A stretch of DNA of 64,000 bases from Zootoca vivipara (lineage: Eukaryota), in assembly GCF_963506605.1 (NCBI RefSeq), contig NC_083281.1:24862001-24926000 (forward strand), written 5' to 3'. This document shows positions 1 through 12,048 of this stretch, one piece after another (position 1 is the first letter of the stretch; the number at the start of each line of letters is the position of its first letter). Under the pieces are notes generated by a model. The model saw only the letters and a list, made by a program, of their open reading frames with translations, searched no databases and was not told where the DNA came from. Made by a program: the position numbers and the translations under genes.

Positions 1-2563
1 AATTAAGGAAATTTGCTTAAGGAAGAGAGGTTAAAAAACGGAAGCCGACCTCCTTCTAATGATGGCTGAAAGAAGCAGTTAAGAAAATACCCGATGCCAA
101 GATAATTCTGGAATTTTTGTGTTATGTATCTTCAAGAACTGTACTGAAATCCCCTTTCGTAGAAGGGCTAAGGGGAGAGTGGGTGATTTATTAAGAGAGG
201 AGAGTCTCTTCCCACCGCTGGAACCAGCAGCCCTGACGGACTCAGCAAGATTTGTGAAAGAAGGAGAGTTGAAATAATGTTGATAAGTTGAGCTGTAAGA
301 ATTACTTACGAAAACTCCCTCCGGAAAAATATAATTTGGAAATAAGTAACTGATTCTTTTTTTAACTTGTGGATATATTGTAACCAGTTTGGGGGGAAAA
401 TGGCGATGGTTGAAGAAATGTAACCCCTTCCTGTGCTCTGGAATAACACTGTGTCCTTGAGAGGAGTACAAAAATGTCAACATGCAGCTGGATTCAAAGA
501 AAAAATTCTGAGACTCTTATGGGAACTTACAATTGGAACCTACAAAGACAATTTACAATTAGGAGAGATGAAACAACTTCTCCAAGGGGACAAGGGACAA
601 AAAATGTCGGATGAAGGGATTAAAGAAGAAATAGATGGAAATCAAGAACTACGTCAACTTTCGTGTCAGGAGGAAGTTTGCCATGAGAAGAAAGAGGGAA
701 AAGTCTCCAATCAAGTGTATCAGAGAAACAGTGCCCCCAATTTTCGGATCAGGAGGAGATTTGCAATGAGAAGAAAGAGGAAAAAGTTTTTGAGCAAGTG
801 TGTCAGAGAAATGGCGCCCCCATAGAAGGGGGAGCACGAATTATGTTTGGACTTCAGAATTCCCATAAGGAACAAAGACTGTGGGAGAAGATCAATTACA
901 TTGAGTGGAACATTCAAATAAGAAAAGAGCAACAGGGAGGGAATGGAAAATCTGGACATGTAAAATATTGCAGAAAGGGAGTGGGGTGAATGGAAAAGGG
1001 TTTCATGTTTAAAGGCTGGTTAAAATGGTTTTGAAACTGGTTTACGGATTTTGTAACTTGCTGAATCAAGAAGGGACGAGTTGTGAACAGGGGGGGGGAG
1101 AGAGCTTAAGTTAGAAAGAAAAGATATAAAATGGAATGTGAAAATAAGATATAGAATTTATAAAATTATGAAAGTTCTTGCAGAAAATTTAGGCAAGGGA
1201 AGAAAAGTAGATTAGTGAAGTAAAGTGGGGGTTTTTAGAATAGAAATGAGATTATTAGTATAGCTATAAAAAAGTGAATTGGAAGGGATAGCTGGGTGCT
1301 TTACCCTCCCCTGCAGGTCATCTCCGTTCTGGGGTCCCTTGGTGGCAGGGGGAGCTGCCGGAGTGGAGGGGACTGGGAGGAGGGGGGGATTCAGCTGGAA
1401 AAGAACCATCTCCTGCTTGTCTTTTGCATCCTGGAGGCTCTCGGTGGCAGGGAGAGTTCTGGAGTGCAGGGGGAAGGAGGGAATGGAATGAGATATATAA
1501 ATATAAAAAGTAATAGATAATTTGAGTAAATAGCTAAATAGATAAGTATAAGTTAATTGAGATTAATATGGTTTGTAAAAAATGAGAACTGAAAAAGTTG
1601 ATTTGGCAAATGAAAATCAATAAGGGGGGGGTCTGGGGAAGCCCAAGGGATAATGTTTAGGAAAAAAGATAAGGTTTAAATTTTTGGTGTTGTGTGTTTT
1701 GTTTTTATTTTTATTTTTATTGTTCTTCTCTTTTTTGTTCTTTTTTTTGTTCTTTTTACCCACCTTTCTCTCTCCTTGTCACCCTGGAGCCTCTTGGTGG
1801 CAGGGGGAGGCTCTGGGGGAAGGGAGGGAGGGGGAATTTAATTATAAAATGAATCACCTTCGATTGTCCACTTTTCAGGGGACTCTCTTGTGGGAGGAGA
1901 GGGCTCTTGGATGGGGGGTAGGAGAAGGTGGAAAATATGTTATGTATGTGTATAATAATAATAATAAATTTTTATTTATACCCCGCCCTCCCCAGTCAAA
2001 AACCAGGCTCAGGGCGGCTGACACCAACAGAACCACAATAAAACATAAAAACAATTAATTAAAATACAGATTAAAATACAGTATTAAAATTTAAAGTGCA
2101 GCCTCATTTCAAGTAGGCCATAAGTGGCTGACACCAACAGAACCACAATAAAACATAAAAACAATTAGTTAAAATACAGATTAAAATACAGTATTAAAAT
2201 TTAAAGTGCAGCCTCGTTTCAAGTAGGCCATAAATCCAAGCCATGAGGGAGAAAAACACAGGGGTCAGGCTGAGTCTAACCCAAAGGCCAGGCGGAACAG
2301 CTCTGTCTTGCAGGCCCTGCGGAAAGATGACAAATCCCGCAGGGCCCTGGTCTCCTGGGAAAGAGTGTTCCACCAGGTTGGGGCCAGTACTGAAAAGGCC
2401 CTGGCTCTAGTAGAGGCCAATCTAGCCATTTTATGACTCGGGATCTCCAGAATATTATTGTTTGTGGACCTTAAGGTCCTCCGCGGGGCATACCAGGAGA
2501 GGCGGTCCCGTAGGTACGAGTTATGTTCTCTTTATTATGCAAAATCAATAAAATTCATAAAAA
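1..2563 (+). mobile_element. Degenerate L1-related element (ORF1-like remnant, no ORF2 visible), interrupted by an L2 fragment
   Basis: A/G-rich coiled-coil/basic ORF remnant at 433-825; GT-rich 3' region at 1620-1750 resembling the L1 3' UTR at 14510-14640; AATAAA plus A run at 2547-2563. Confidence 0.45.
1953..2520 (-). mobile_element. L2 LINE 3' fragment with internal ~110-bp tandem duplication
   Basis: (AAT)n tail followed by TTTATACCCCGCCCT...GGCTCAGGGCGGCT, the squamate L2 terminus. 2015-2122 is repeated at 2126-2232. Confidence 0.7.
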
Positions 2564-4384
2564 AGGAGAATGTAACTCTGCTACGTAAAGGAACTTGCTA
2601 GCACAAGTGAGAAAGGATATTAATAAACAATACCTGTATATCCTCTCCTGCCACCCTGAACATTCACACACACAATCCAAGAAATTGTTTACAAAAAGAA
2701 GCAACTATAACAACCCCATTTGGATTTAGTTTTTATCAGAAATCTGCTGTTTGAGCAGAGCTGTGTTCTGGGGGGAGGGGGGACAGGGGAGAGGAAAACT
2801 TGTAAACAGGATGCAATTTCTGCTCCAATATTTTTACCAACCTACCATGGCCTCTCTCACCACCTGGTGTTTTAGAAGGCCTCATCTATCAGTATGAGAC
2901 CATCTCATCCTCTCTGTCCTTACACAGTTACACCACTGCTTGTAAGTGTGGCAAACAGATAATGACAACAAGGCAATGAGCCTCCATTAGTCTGTCATCT
3001 GAAGGAAATGCACCATGCTAAAGTTCTCCTTAACTTTCCACCACGCAGGAATGAGGCACCTCCCAAATAACCCTGAAGGGCTGTTATGAAATGTTCTCCA
3101 AGGAAGCACTCATTACTTTTATACTTTTTTGATTGCCCCTCTGGACAAGGGGCAATCCATCCATCCATCCATCCATCCATATAACTTATAAATAAAACCC
3201 ACCACTGACTCAACAGATTTATGTCATTGCATCCATTCCTGTGCATCTAGAATTAGACTCTTATGCATTCGTCTTCCACACCCATTAAATTTTTTTGTTA
3301 TTATATTATTAAAAATAAGATATATAAAAGTATGGATTCCCCTCGGAAATGCTAAATCCAGAATAAATGGGGAGAAAATGAGGGCTTGCATTTTCATACA
3401 ATGACATTGTGTTGGCCATCCTCCAACCTCTGCTTAAAAACCTCCCATGAAGGAGAGTCTGTCACCTTCTGAGGGAGTCTGTTCCACTGTTGAACAGCTT
3501 TTGCTGTCAAAAAGTTCTTCCTGATTAGTCAGACTCTCTTTTCTTGTAATTAGATCTCCTTTCCTAGCCACTGGATCAGGAGAAGACAAGCATGCATGTG
3601 GAAGCCCTTTAGATATCTGAAGATGGCTATCATATCTCAGAGTCTGAAAGACCCACAGAGATGGGGCATTCTGCCACAGGGAATTTTATTAGCGCCGGCC
3701 ATTTCTGAACTCTTACAGTGAGTCAAAAGATTTCAGATTAAAATTGTCACTGTTGGCACTCAGAGCATGGGACAAGAAATTCCTTGTGTACTGTAGATGC
3801 TTCTCAGATGGCTTTGCAAATGCAGTTGCTACCTGCCTGCCTGGTCTGCAAGGAGAGGGAGTCGGGTGGCAAAAAGCTCCAGCTCCTAAGGCTGCAGGAA
3901 GCTGGAGGAAAAGCTGGGGGAAGGGAAGGCGAGTCTGTCTGGTAGAAACCCTTGAAGGTAGCAGTGCCGTGCCCCCCTGCATGATGTCCCCCTAAAGCTG
4001 AGGTTGTCAGATAAGACACACGCTTTGCTGTCAGTCTGCAGCATGCACACTTCTTCAGAGACACTGAAGCAGAAGTCACCAGACCTTTATATATAGTGAG
4101 GGGGGGGGTATTACTCAGAAGGGAAGTAACAGAATCATAGAATTGTAGAGTTGGAAAGGACCCCAAGGGTCATCTAGTTCAATCCCTTGAAATCAGTGCC
4201 ATGTGGGGCTTAAGTGCAGAAAACGCGGGAGTTGCTGAAACTGGCACAGAGGCAACTACAGCAGAGGAAAAGGATTAACCATCTCTGATGCTTCAAGTTT
4301 CACGAGTGGTCCTTTGGGACCTTCCCAGGACAGGCAGCATCCCGCTTGGAGCTCCCTCTAGCGGGGAATGAGGCTCTCGCTCTT

Positions 4385-4603
4385 CATTGCAATCTTATAT
4401 CGTCTTCGCGCGTACGTTCGCTTTCTTGTTTGCTTTTTGTAGTGCGACGACCCGGAGGGAGAAGGGAATAAAAGCGAGCGAGAGAAAGAGAGTTGGACGA
4501 AGTTGGAGGAAGAAAAGCGTCAGAGACCAGCAAGCAAAGCCTCCGAAGAGGGAACTGAGCTTTACTGCATAAAAATCGGACAGGCAGCAGGAAAGGAGGT
4601 GAG
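4385..4603 (+). promoter_or_regulatory. Candidate promoter and first exon of the copy A 385-aa IRG (degenerate ISRE)
   Basis: Homolog of 33650-33860; the ISRE position reads ACGTTCGCTTTC (4414-4425); donor GTGAG at 4599. Confidence 0.5.
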
Positions 4604-5383
4604 CATTTCTCCTGGTGCTCTGCTGATTTCCGTGTTTTCTGTTTTTTTCTGAGCGTGTTTAAGTTAAAGGAGACTCTGAGCTCATTGCTAGGCAGGGGGC
4701 GGCAGAATCGTTTATTTTCACTCTTATGAATAATGATGTTGGAGAAGGCTGCCCTTGTTCCCCGCTGCAAAGGGAATAAATAACATGAAAGCTCCAGGGA
4801 GCAAGCAGAGCTGGTGCTACCATATAAGAGTTGTAAGTACTGTAACTGCTCTGAAATCAACGCGGGTCTCCCTTTTCAGCGGTGACGCGTGTTCATTCGA
4901 CTTCCCCTTCTGCAGCTGCTACGAGGCTGCCCTCCTGCTTCTCTCGCCTCCTGCCTCTTTCCCTTTTGGGGGTTTGGCAGAGTGGAGGGGGAAGCTCTTT
5001 GGAAGCAGGCAGCGCCTTAGCTAAGTGATCTGGCATCCCTGCCCCCCCCCCTAGCCACGGACAAATGAGCTCTTTCCGTCTCTCCTCCACCCCCCACCCC
5101 CACACGCATTCAATTCCTCACACACGTCACCTTGTAATGAATTCTTTCACAGAAAATCCAGTATTTAATTTATTATTTCTTAATAAAAGGTTTCAGCAGA
5201 GAAAATGACATTTTGATGTGAGTTGACAGGGTTTTTTTTTTAATGTACCGGTAATTCAGTTGTAAAACAATACACAGATTGTTTTAAACGGAACATGCAA
5301 ACAATATCATACTGATTTGTTCCACAATGATAACTTTCCCGTCTCAGAGCCGGAGGTGTTGGAGATCGTATTCTCTCTCTCTC

Positions 5384-6976
5384 CATGGGCGTAGGCAGGG
5401 GGGGCAGGAGGGGGCAGCTGCCCCCCCCTAGAAGCAAAATAATTAATGTATTTTACAGACCATAACCAGCACTTTTCCCCTCCAAAAACTGAAGTGGAAA
5501 AGGCTTTGCTTTAGCAACAGCAGCTAAGTCTCCGCTTGCTGGGGGGGGGGGACACAGCAGTAACAAAAACACATCAAATAAATAAAGCAAAGTGGCTACC
5601 AGTAGTTAAGCAGTTAAGACAATGGAGCATATATCCCCAGGCAAGTTTGATAGCTGACCATTTCACCCTATTGTTCTTAAGTGGGACTTGTTAATGAGCA
5701 TTCAGGAGCATTAAGAGTTCTATTGGTGATTTAATGAGGGTGCAGACTCAGAGGATTCAATTTGACTAAGGTGGCTCTGCAAGGCTAAAAGGAAGTGAAT
5801 AAGAAAGGGGGGGCTGTAACTTTGACAGACACAGTGATGTTTATAAAAAGCATTGGTGTTCCAGTCTGCCCCTCCTCCTGCATCTGTATACTGTAAATCA
5901 GGGGTGGCCACCTCCCAAGAGACTCTGATCTACTCAGAGTTTAAAACTGGGGGTGATCTACCCCCTTTTGGGGGGTTCAGGTCAAAGCTGTTGAGTTTTT
6001 TTTTTAAGGAAGGGAAGCCCTGTTTTTTTGGGTTTAGGTCAAACTTGTTGAGCTTCTTTGAGGAGGGAGGGAGGCCCATTTTTGTTTAGGGCTTCAGGTC
6101 ATAGTTCAACTTTTTTGAGGGAGGAGGAAAATTTTGGGTGAGCTTTTTTTAGGGGTGCCAGTGACCTACCAGTGATCTACCACAGACATCCAGTGATCTA
6201 CTGGTAGATCACAATCTACCTGTTGGACGTGCCTGCTGTAAATCAAGCAGAGAGAAAGCTGCTTACAAGGCTCCTGTACATGCAGAGTTCCAGCATCACA
6301 GTGTCACCCAGAGGCACCCACAAATATGAGTTATCCCTCTCTCTATTTCTTCCTTCCTTCCCTCCCTCTTCCATCCTTAATAAAATACCGGGGGGGGCAG
6401 ATAAGCCCCACATAGAAAGCCCATCAACATGGGGGGATGACTCTTTCAAATACGGTATTTACCAGTAATTTGGGGTGGCACCTAGGCCTCTAGGAGTTGG
6501 ATGCTATGCCTAGGAGTAGGACAATTCAAGAAAGCAGAATGATGCATATGCTATGGTAATATATCAATAGAATCATAGAATTGTAGTCGGAAGGGACCAC
6601 AAGGGTCATCTAGTCCAACCCCCTGCAATGCAGGATTTTTTCCTAAGGTGGGGCTTGAACCATGGTTGAAATATTATGCTGATATGCAGCAACGCCTCGG
6701 AGCCGTCGTGGCTGCGGCCGTGTCTTGCCTCGCCCTCGCCCGCCCTGCCACCCCCTCTCGCCTGCCTGACCCTCCCGTCCTCTCCAGCCAAGCAGGGTAG
6801 CCGCCAACGCTACCAGCCCCAGAAGCACAAGGTGGCCGCTGCTGCCACCGCCACGATGTCATCAGGCCCGTTGGCCCTTTAGCCCCGCCCACTTTGTGGC
6901 CCCTCCCCTTCTGTGCCTTGGCCCCGCCCCTGAACGACCATGGCTTGCCCCCCCCCTAGTTTTGATCCTGGCTACG

Positions 6977-6982
<6 letters not shown>
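5384..6982. mobile_element. Non-autonomous hAT-type element with ~1.4 kb of internal cargo (copy A insertion)
   Basis: Imperfect TIRs CATGGGCGTAGGCAGG / CCTGGCTACGCCCCTG; flanked by TCTCTCTC on both sides (candidate 8-bp TSD). Confidence 0.8.
5899..6235. mobile_element. hAT MITE nested in the cargo element
   Basis: CAGGGGTGGCCA...TTGGACGTGCCTG with 8-bp TSD CTGTAAAT; counterpart at ~35648-35948. Confidence 0.8.

Positions 6983-7047
<65 letters not shown>
6983..7047. repeat. (TC)n(AC)n microsatellite
   Basis: Directly visible. Confidence 0.95.
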
Positions 7048-7048
<1 letters not shown>

Positions 7049-7781
7049 CCCACAACCCACAGCCCACAGCCCTCAGCCCACCTCCCTTGCCCCCCCACTG
7101 GCGATCCCAGATCTCTCCACTGGTGCACACAGCCTTCACTTCCAGGCTGCTCTTCGTCCGCGTACCCAACACACACCTCCAGAGAGAGAGAAACTTCATT
7201 CATTAGCCCCTCCTGCTCATTTCCCGGCTCTTCCCTCATCTTAGATGCCAGGATCAGAAGGAAAAGAGCTCCCATCCCATTCTCTCCCTCACTCCCTCCC
7301 TGAAGGGAAGATGGGGGGGGGGAGAAACGACCCAACTTCGGGGCAACTTTCCATCCGGATCCTGCTCTGGGCTTCACACACACCCTTATTTGTTTCGAAG
7401 GTTTTTGACCCCCTCACTTTCCTCATGCAACTCCCCCCCCCGCCGCCGCCGCCCTTTCCTCTTTCAGCAACACCAACACGAAATCCCAGGTGATTTTCAG
7501 ACAGGAGTGTGAGGAAAAATATCTCACCCCACCCCCCCCAAAAAAAAAAACTTCGGAGGGGGGGGAAGAGAAAATGGGAAAAAATAATAAAGCTTTGCTG
7601 AGGCGTCAAGAGGCGAGGAATTTGTGTCTGGTCCTCCCACAGGTTGGGGAGAAGGACGGGGAGGCTTTCCCCAATCTGAGAAGAGAAACCATTTCGTTGG
7701 AAAGCTGATAATGTGCAGCTTGGGGGAAGTGGGTGGGGAATTTAGGCACATAAGGCATATATGGTTATTAATTACTTAAAT

Positions 7782-8216
7782 CAGTGGTTTCCAACCAATG
7801 TGCTGTGGCACCTGGGGGGCCTTGATCAGGGATGCTGTGGGCAACACTGGCCTCTGTCCCTCTTTCCTCCCCTCCTTCCTCTGATGCCCTCTCGCATCTC
7901 TGCCCCCCAAAGGCTTGTGCAGCTGTTTGTTGCAGCAGCCCTGGCTACAAGCTCCCCAGGCAAATGGTGCCTATGGGGCTGGCGGGGGGACGGGGACTGG
8001 TTTCCAGGAGCTGAAGCAGGGCCTCAGAGTAAGCAAGTGGGCAAGGGAGTCCAGCCAGCCAGACCACCAGCCCTTGCTGTTGGGAATGGACACACAATTC
8101 CCAGGCCCCTGTGGGGCAATGTGAGGAGGAACCTCTCTTGAGGGCAGGGGTGCCACAGAAAGAAGGTACTTGGTCAAAGGAGCTGTGGACTCAAAATGGT
8201 TGAAAACAAACCTCTG
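7782..8216. mobile_element. hAT MITE (paralog at ~38230-38843)
   Basis: CAGTGGTTTCCAACC...GGTTGAAAACAAACCTCTG with 8-bp TSD ACTTAAAT. Confidence 0.75.
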
Positions 8217-8499
8217 ACTTAAATGACAAGCAGGAGCAGAATTTGCATACATTGTCTAAGGTAGGATGCACTCTTAAAGCACACTTAAATAAAACTGCCT
8301 CAACCCCTCCTTCACTTTGACCAGACCCTCCTCTTCTGCACCTTCAGGCTGGTACCTCTTCCTTGCATCTTTCTAAAAACATGGAAGGTTTAATCATCAA
8401 TGTAATGGGCGCAGCTTCCCTCCCCAAACTAAAAAATAAATAAATAAAAAATCAGGAAGTGCAGCTTCTTAAAATGCTGGGAGTCCCCTTCCTCATGTC

Positions 8500-9076
8500 C
8501 CTCTCTATATTCAGGGCTCTTGGACTCTGCTCCTGTTGAGGACTCTGCCCCAGTTGGGGAACCCACAAGGGAAGAAGTCTCAGAGCCAGGGGATTGGTGG
8601 TGGGAGGAAGATGAGTGGTCAGAGGGAGAAGAGAGAGCAGACTGGGAGGAGGAGGAGATGTCAGAAGCTGAAGAGGCAATGGAGTATAGTGAGCAGGAAG
8701 AGTCTGTGGCAGAGAACAGTCCAGAATCAGAGGCAGAAGTGGAAGAGGGATCAAGAGGAAGAGTAGAGGCAGGTTGCTGAAGAAGCCAGGGAATCTCCCC
8801 CTTGTAGTGTTACCAGTTTCCCTCCCCCCTGGTCTCCCAGAACACGAAGAGGGCAGAGCAATGAGAGACAAGACGAAAGAACCTCAGGTTGCTGGGGAAG
8901 AAGGAGTCTTGAGAGCGGGGAAAGGTGGGGACCTTCAGTCCTCACAAGTGCTTCATTGGGGCAAGAGATCCTGGGAAGAGTTGCTGTGTTCACGCGGCCT
9001 GTTTGGTTTTCTTTGAGTAAAGAGTTAACTTCACTGACAACAGGTGTTTCATTGCTCACAGACTCCAGCTCCTGAC
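8500..9076 (+). mobile_element. Probable solo-LTR-type repeat with GAG/GAA-rich core (related pieces at ~20533-20880, ~30232-30400, ~43181-43518)
   Basis: Recurrent GA-rich repeat; related copies begin TGTCA and this one ends ...CCTGAC. Gives spurious acidic ORFs. Confidence 0.45.
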
Positions 9077-9084
9077 GTCCCATG

Positions 9085-10532
9085 CAGGGCCGGTGCTAGG
9101 GTTTTTTGTGCCCTAGGAGAGATCACCTTCTGGTGCCCCCTCCCCCATTTCCCAGAGTTGTTGACATTTGTTAAGAAAAAATAAAAGTGGAATAAAATAA
9201 ATAAATAATAAAAATAGAAAAAAAATAAAAAGAGAGTTCCTTGGTTGTTGGTGAGGGGAAGGGGTAAAAAGCAGTCTCTTTACCTTGTCAGCTAGCGGCC
9301 TTCCCTGTTTCTGACACGGCCTTCCCCTGCTACCTCTGGAGTCCGATCTCGGCATGCTAGCTGCTGGAGGGGTGGGCCCGACTCGAGCGAAAGAGCAGAG
9401 AGGGCGCCTCCAGGGCTGTCCCTAGGCCCGGGCTGGGTGGCGCAAGGCGCCAGGGCGCCTGGCCATCAGGGGCGCAGAAACTGCACTGAACTCAGCGGAG
9501 GCAGCCCCAGGCTCCCGCTCCCCGCACGAAGCTCTGTAGGCGCGCGTGGGGAGCGCGAGCCTCTGGAGCTTCGCGCAGGGAGCGGGAGCCTGGGGCCGCC
9601 TCCGCTGAACAGCTGAGAGGTGCGGCGAGGTGTGTGGGATGCAAAGGGTTAAGTGCAGTCAAGTCACAACAATCCCTAGATAGTCCACTTGGAGGACTGA
9701 GGAGGAGGACATGACTAAGCCTAATTTCCTCTTCCTTCACATGCTAATTAGATGCGAAAGGCGATAGATAAATTCTGGAGGAAACAGCCATTTCCCTTTC
9801 TTGGACCAGACCTCTTGGACTACACACATCTTAGTGAGTCTCTCTCTCAAGGCCTCCAACCTAGAGAGAGAGATGAGATGGAGTCTCACTTCTTATAAGT
9901 GAACTTCACAATGTATATATTACCTTTTAACTAAGCAAGTCTACCTCTTGAGTGTGCTGTACCTCGAGATGCTTGTAAGTAAACATTTTTTATACTTTTA
10001 AGAGCATTGTGTTGTGTCTTTTCTTTTAAGAGGGATAAAGGGGAAAATACCAGGAAAATACACTTTATTTTAGTGGCTTAAATCAAGCCAGCGCAAACGT
10101 TTTTCTGCTGTGTATTTTGAAAAAAGGGAAAGTTTTTACTCTGCTAAAGTTTGGTGCTTGCTAGCGCAAGCGGGGATAGGATATATTAAACAATATCTCC
10201 TCATCCACATTCCTGAACATTCCCACAAGGTGGCCCCAGGCTCGCGCCTCCAGAACTTTGCGCCAAAATGGAGGGGGTGCCGGCCAGCCTGCCTGCCGCC
10301 CGCTGCCGCCACCCCTCGGTGCTGCCTGGGGCCACCTCCACTGTGCCTCTCAGCTGTTGAGTGGCTTCAGGCCGCTCTCTGGAAGCCACTCAACAGCTGA
10401 GAGGCGCAATGGAGGCGGCCCCAGGCAGCACCGGGGGGGTGGCAGCGGGGGGCGGGCAGGCTGGCCAGTGCCCCCTCCATTTTGGCGCCCTAGGCAGCTG
10501 CCTCGTTCGCCTTAATGGACGCGCCAGCCCTG
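9085..10532. mobile_element. hAT MITE containing a solo LTR
   Basis: TIRs CAGGGCCGGTGC / GCGCCAGCCCTG; 8-bp TSD GTCCCATG (9077-9084, 10533-10540). Confidence 0.85.
9633..10227 (+). mobile_element. Solo LTR
   Basis: TGTGGGA...TCCCACA termini; 5-bp TSD AGGTG; same family as 48677-49218 and 28160-28239. Confidence 0.85.
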
Positions 10533-10763
10533 GTCCCATGACCTTTGGGCACTTTATCCTTGTGCTCACTTCTGAATTACGGAATCTGATGGGATTCATA
10601 CCTTCTACCTATAAAGCTTTGGTGCTTGGCAAATGATAATATTGCAGACGCTGGAAATTTTACAGAGGGCATGCCACTCTCGTTAAATAAATGAATGCCT
10701 CTAGTTAGGCTGGTCGCTTAACATATTCCTGCTTCCTTTCTCTGCAGTGCACCGAGATCCACA

Positions 10764-11921
10764 ATGATGGAAGACTTTGAGGTAGCCATTTCTCAGGGCC
10801 AATTGGCAGATGCTGTGTCGCACGTGCTGGCAAAACCACTGCACTTTTTCAACAGCACTCCACTCAACGTTGCCGTAGTAGGAGAGCCCGGCTCCGGGAA
10901 GTCCTCCTTCATCAATGCCATGTTGGGTCTTCATGCTGATGACCCTCGTGCTGCTGAGACCGGCATACAGATGTCAACATTGCAAGTCAAGGATTACCCA
11001 AACCCGACACTTCCGCAAGTGATCCTTTGGGACCACCCCGGAAAGGGAACACCAACTTTTGGGAAGGACAAATTTGAGAAGAAGGTTGATTTAAATCACT
11101 TTGATTTCTTCGTCATCGTCGGCTCCCAACGCTTCCGCTCCACCCATTCTGACCTGGTCCATGAGATCCAAGATATGGCCAAGAATTTCTACTTTGTGCG
11201 CACCAAAGCAGACCTGGACCTGTCGGCCGCCAAGAGGCAACAGCCATCCAGCTACAATGAAGAGAAGGTCCTCTTGCACATCCAGGAGGACTGCAAAGAG
11301 TGCTTGGTAAGAGAAGGAGTGAGGGACCCACAAGTCTTCATCGTCTCCAACTGGGAAGCCGACCGCTTTGATTTCCCCCTCCTGCAGGAAACGCTGAAGA
11401 ACGATCTCTTGCGGCTGAAGAGGCAAGCCTTTCTGCACCGCTTCCCTAGCATCTGTCTGCCTATCTTAGAGAAAAAGAAAGCCTCTGTGAAGGAGAAGAT
11501 TTGGACCAGCAGGCTTTGTTTGCTGGTCGCTATTGGAAGCCCAGTTCCTTTCCTTCTTCCCATATTTCTGTTTAATAAGTTCCACTCCTGGTGCTTCCTA
11601 GACTTTGGCCTGAACGATCGATCCCTTGCAGCTCTGGCCCAGCGTGTTGGAAAGACAAGCACAGCCCTTAAAGCAGCAATGCAGTCCCTGGGAATGTTCT
11701 CTGCCATTTTATGGGTGCTGCCGGACTTGGTGGGACTCTCAGTGATGGCTTATGAATATCACCGCTGGGAGCATTTCCCCATCTTTGGCTGCCTTCTGTC
11801 CGGAGGGATTTCACTTCTTCGCACCTACTTCATGCTGCAGAAATGCATATCGGGTGCTGCGGATGACACCCAGAGGGTTCTGTCCAAAGCTCTTGAGGCA
11901 GAAGGGAAAAAGTCCATTTAG
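10764..11921 (+). CDS. Divergent immunity-related GTPase (IRG/IIGP family, GKS type), 385 aa, copy A
   Basis: Single long ORF with G1 GEPGSGKSS, G3-like WDHPG, DFFVIVGSQRF, G4 FVRTKAD and G5-like VSNW. A polypyrimidine tract and AG acceptor (ends 10747) lie just before the ATG, as in the single-coding-exon IRG architecture. AATAAA at 12526. Confidence 0.92.
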   Translation: MMEDFEVAISQGQLADAVSHVLAKPLHFFNSTPLNVAVVGEPGSGKSSFINAMLGLHADDPRAAETGIQMSTLQVKDYPNPTLPQVILWDHPGKGTPTFGKDKFEKKVDLNHFDFFVIVGSQRFRSTHSDLVHEIQDMAKNFYFVRTKADLDLSAAKRQQPSSYNEEKVLLHIQEDCKECLVREGVRDPQVFIVSNWEADRFDFPLLQETLKNDLLRLKRQAFLHRFPSICLPILEKKKASVKEKIWTSRLCLLVAIGSPVPFLLPIFLFNKFHSWCFLDFGLNDRSLAALAQRVGKTSTALKAAMQSLGMFSAILWVLPDLVGLSVMAYEYHRWEHFPIFGCLLSGGISLLRTYFMLQKCISGAADDTQRVLSKALEAEGKKSI

Positions 11922-12048
11922 CAGCAAATGGATGCACAGATGTGGCTGCAGGGATAGCAGTTTGCGCAAGCTTCTGTGGACTCTCAAGTCATGTCTTGCC
12001 AACCTAGAATATTATGACTAAGTGCTTGATAGAGCATCTGGAGAATTA

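Noticed and set aside
8520-8780. Acidic Glu-rich ORFs (also 20532-20882, 43192-43518)
   Set aside because: Products of a GA-rich interspersed repeat; short, and frames are not conserved between copies.
11091-11707. Antisense ORFs over IRG genes (also at 22.5, 39.9, 46.3 and 62-63 kb)
   Set aside because: Expected shadow ORFs of GC-rich coding sequence; no independent signals.
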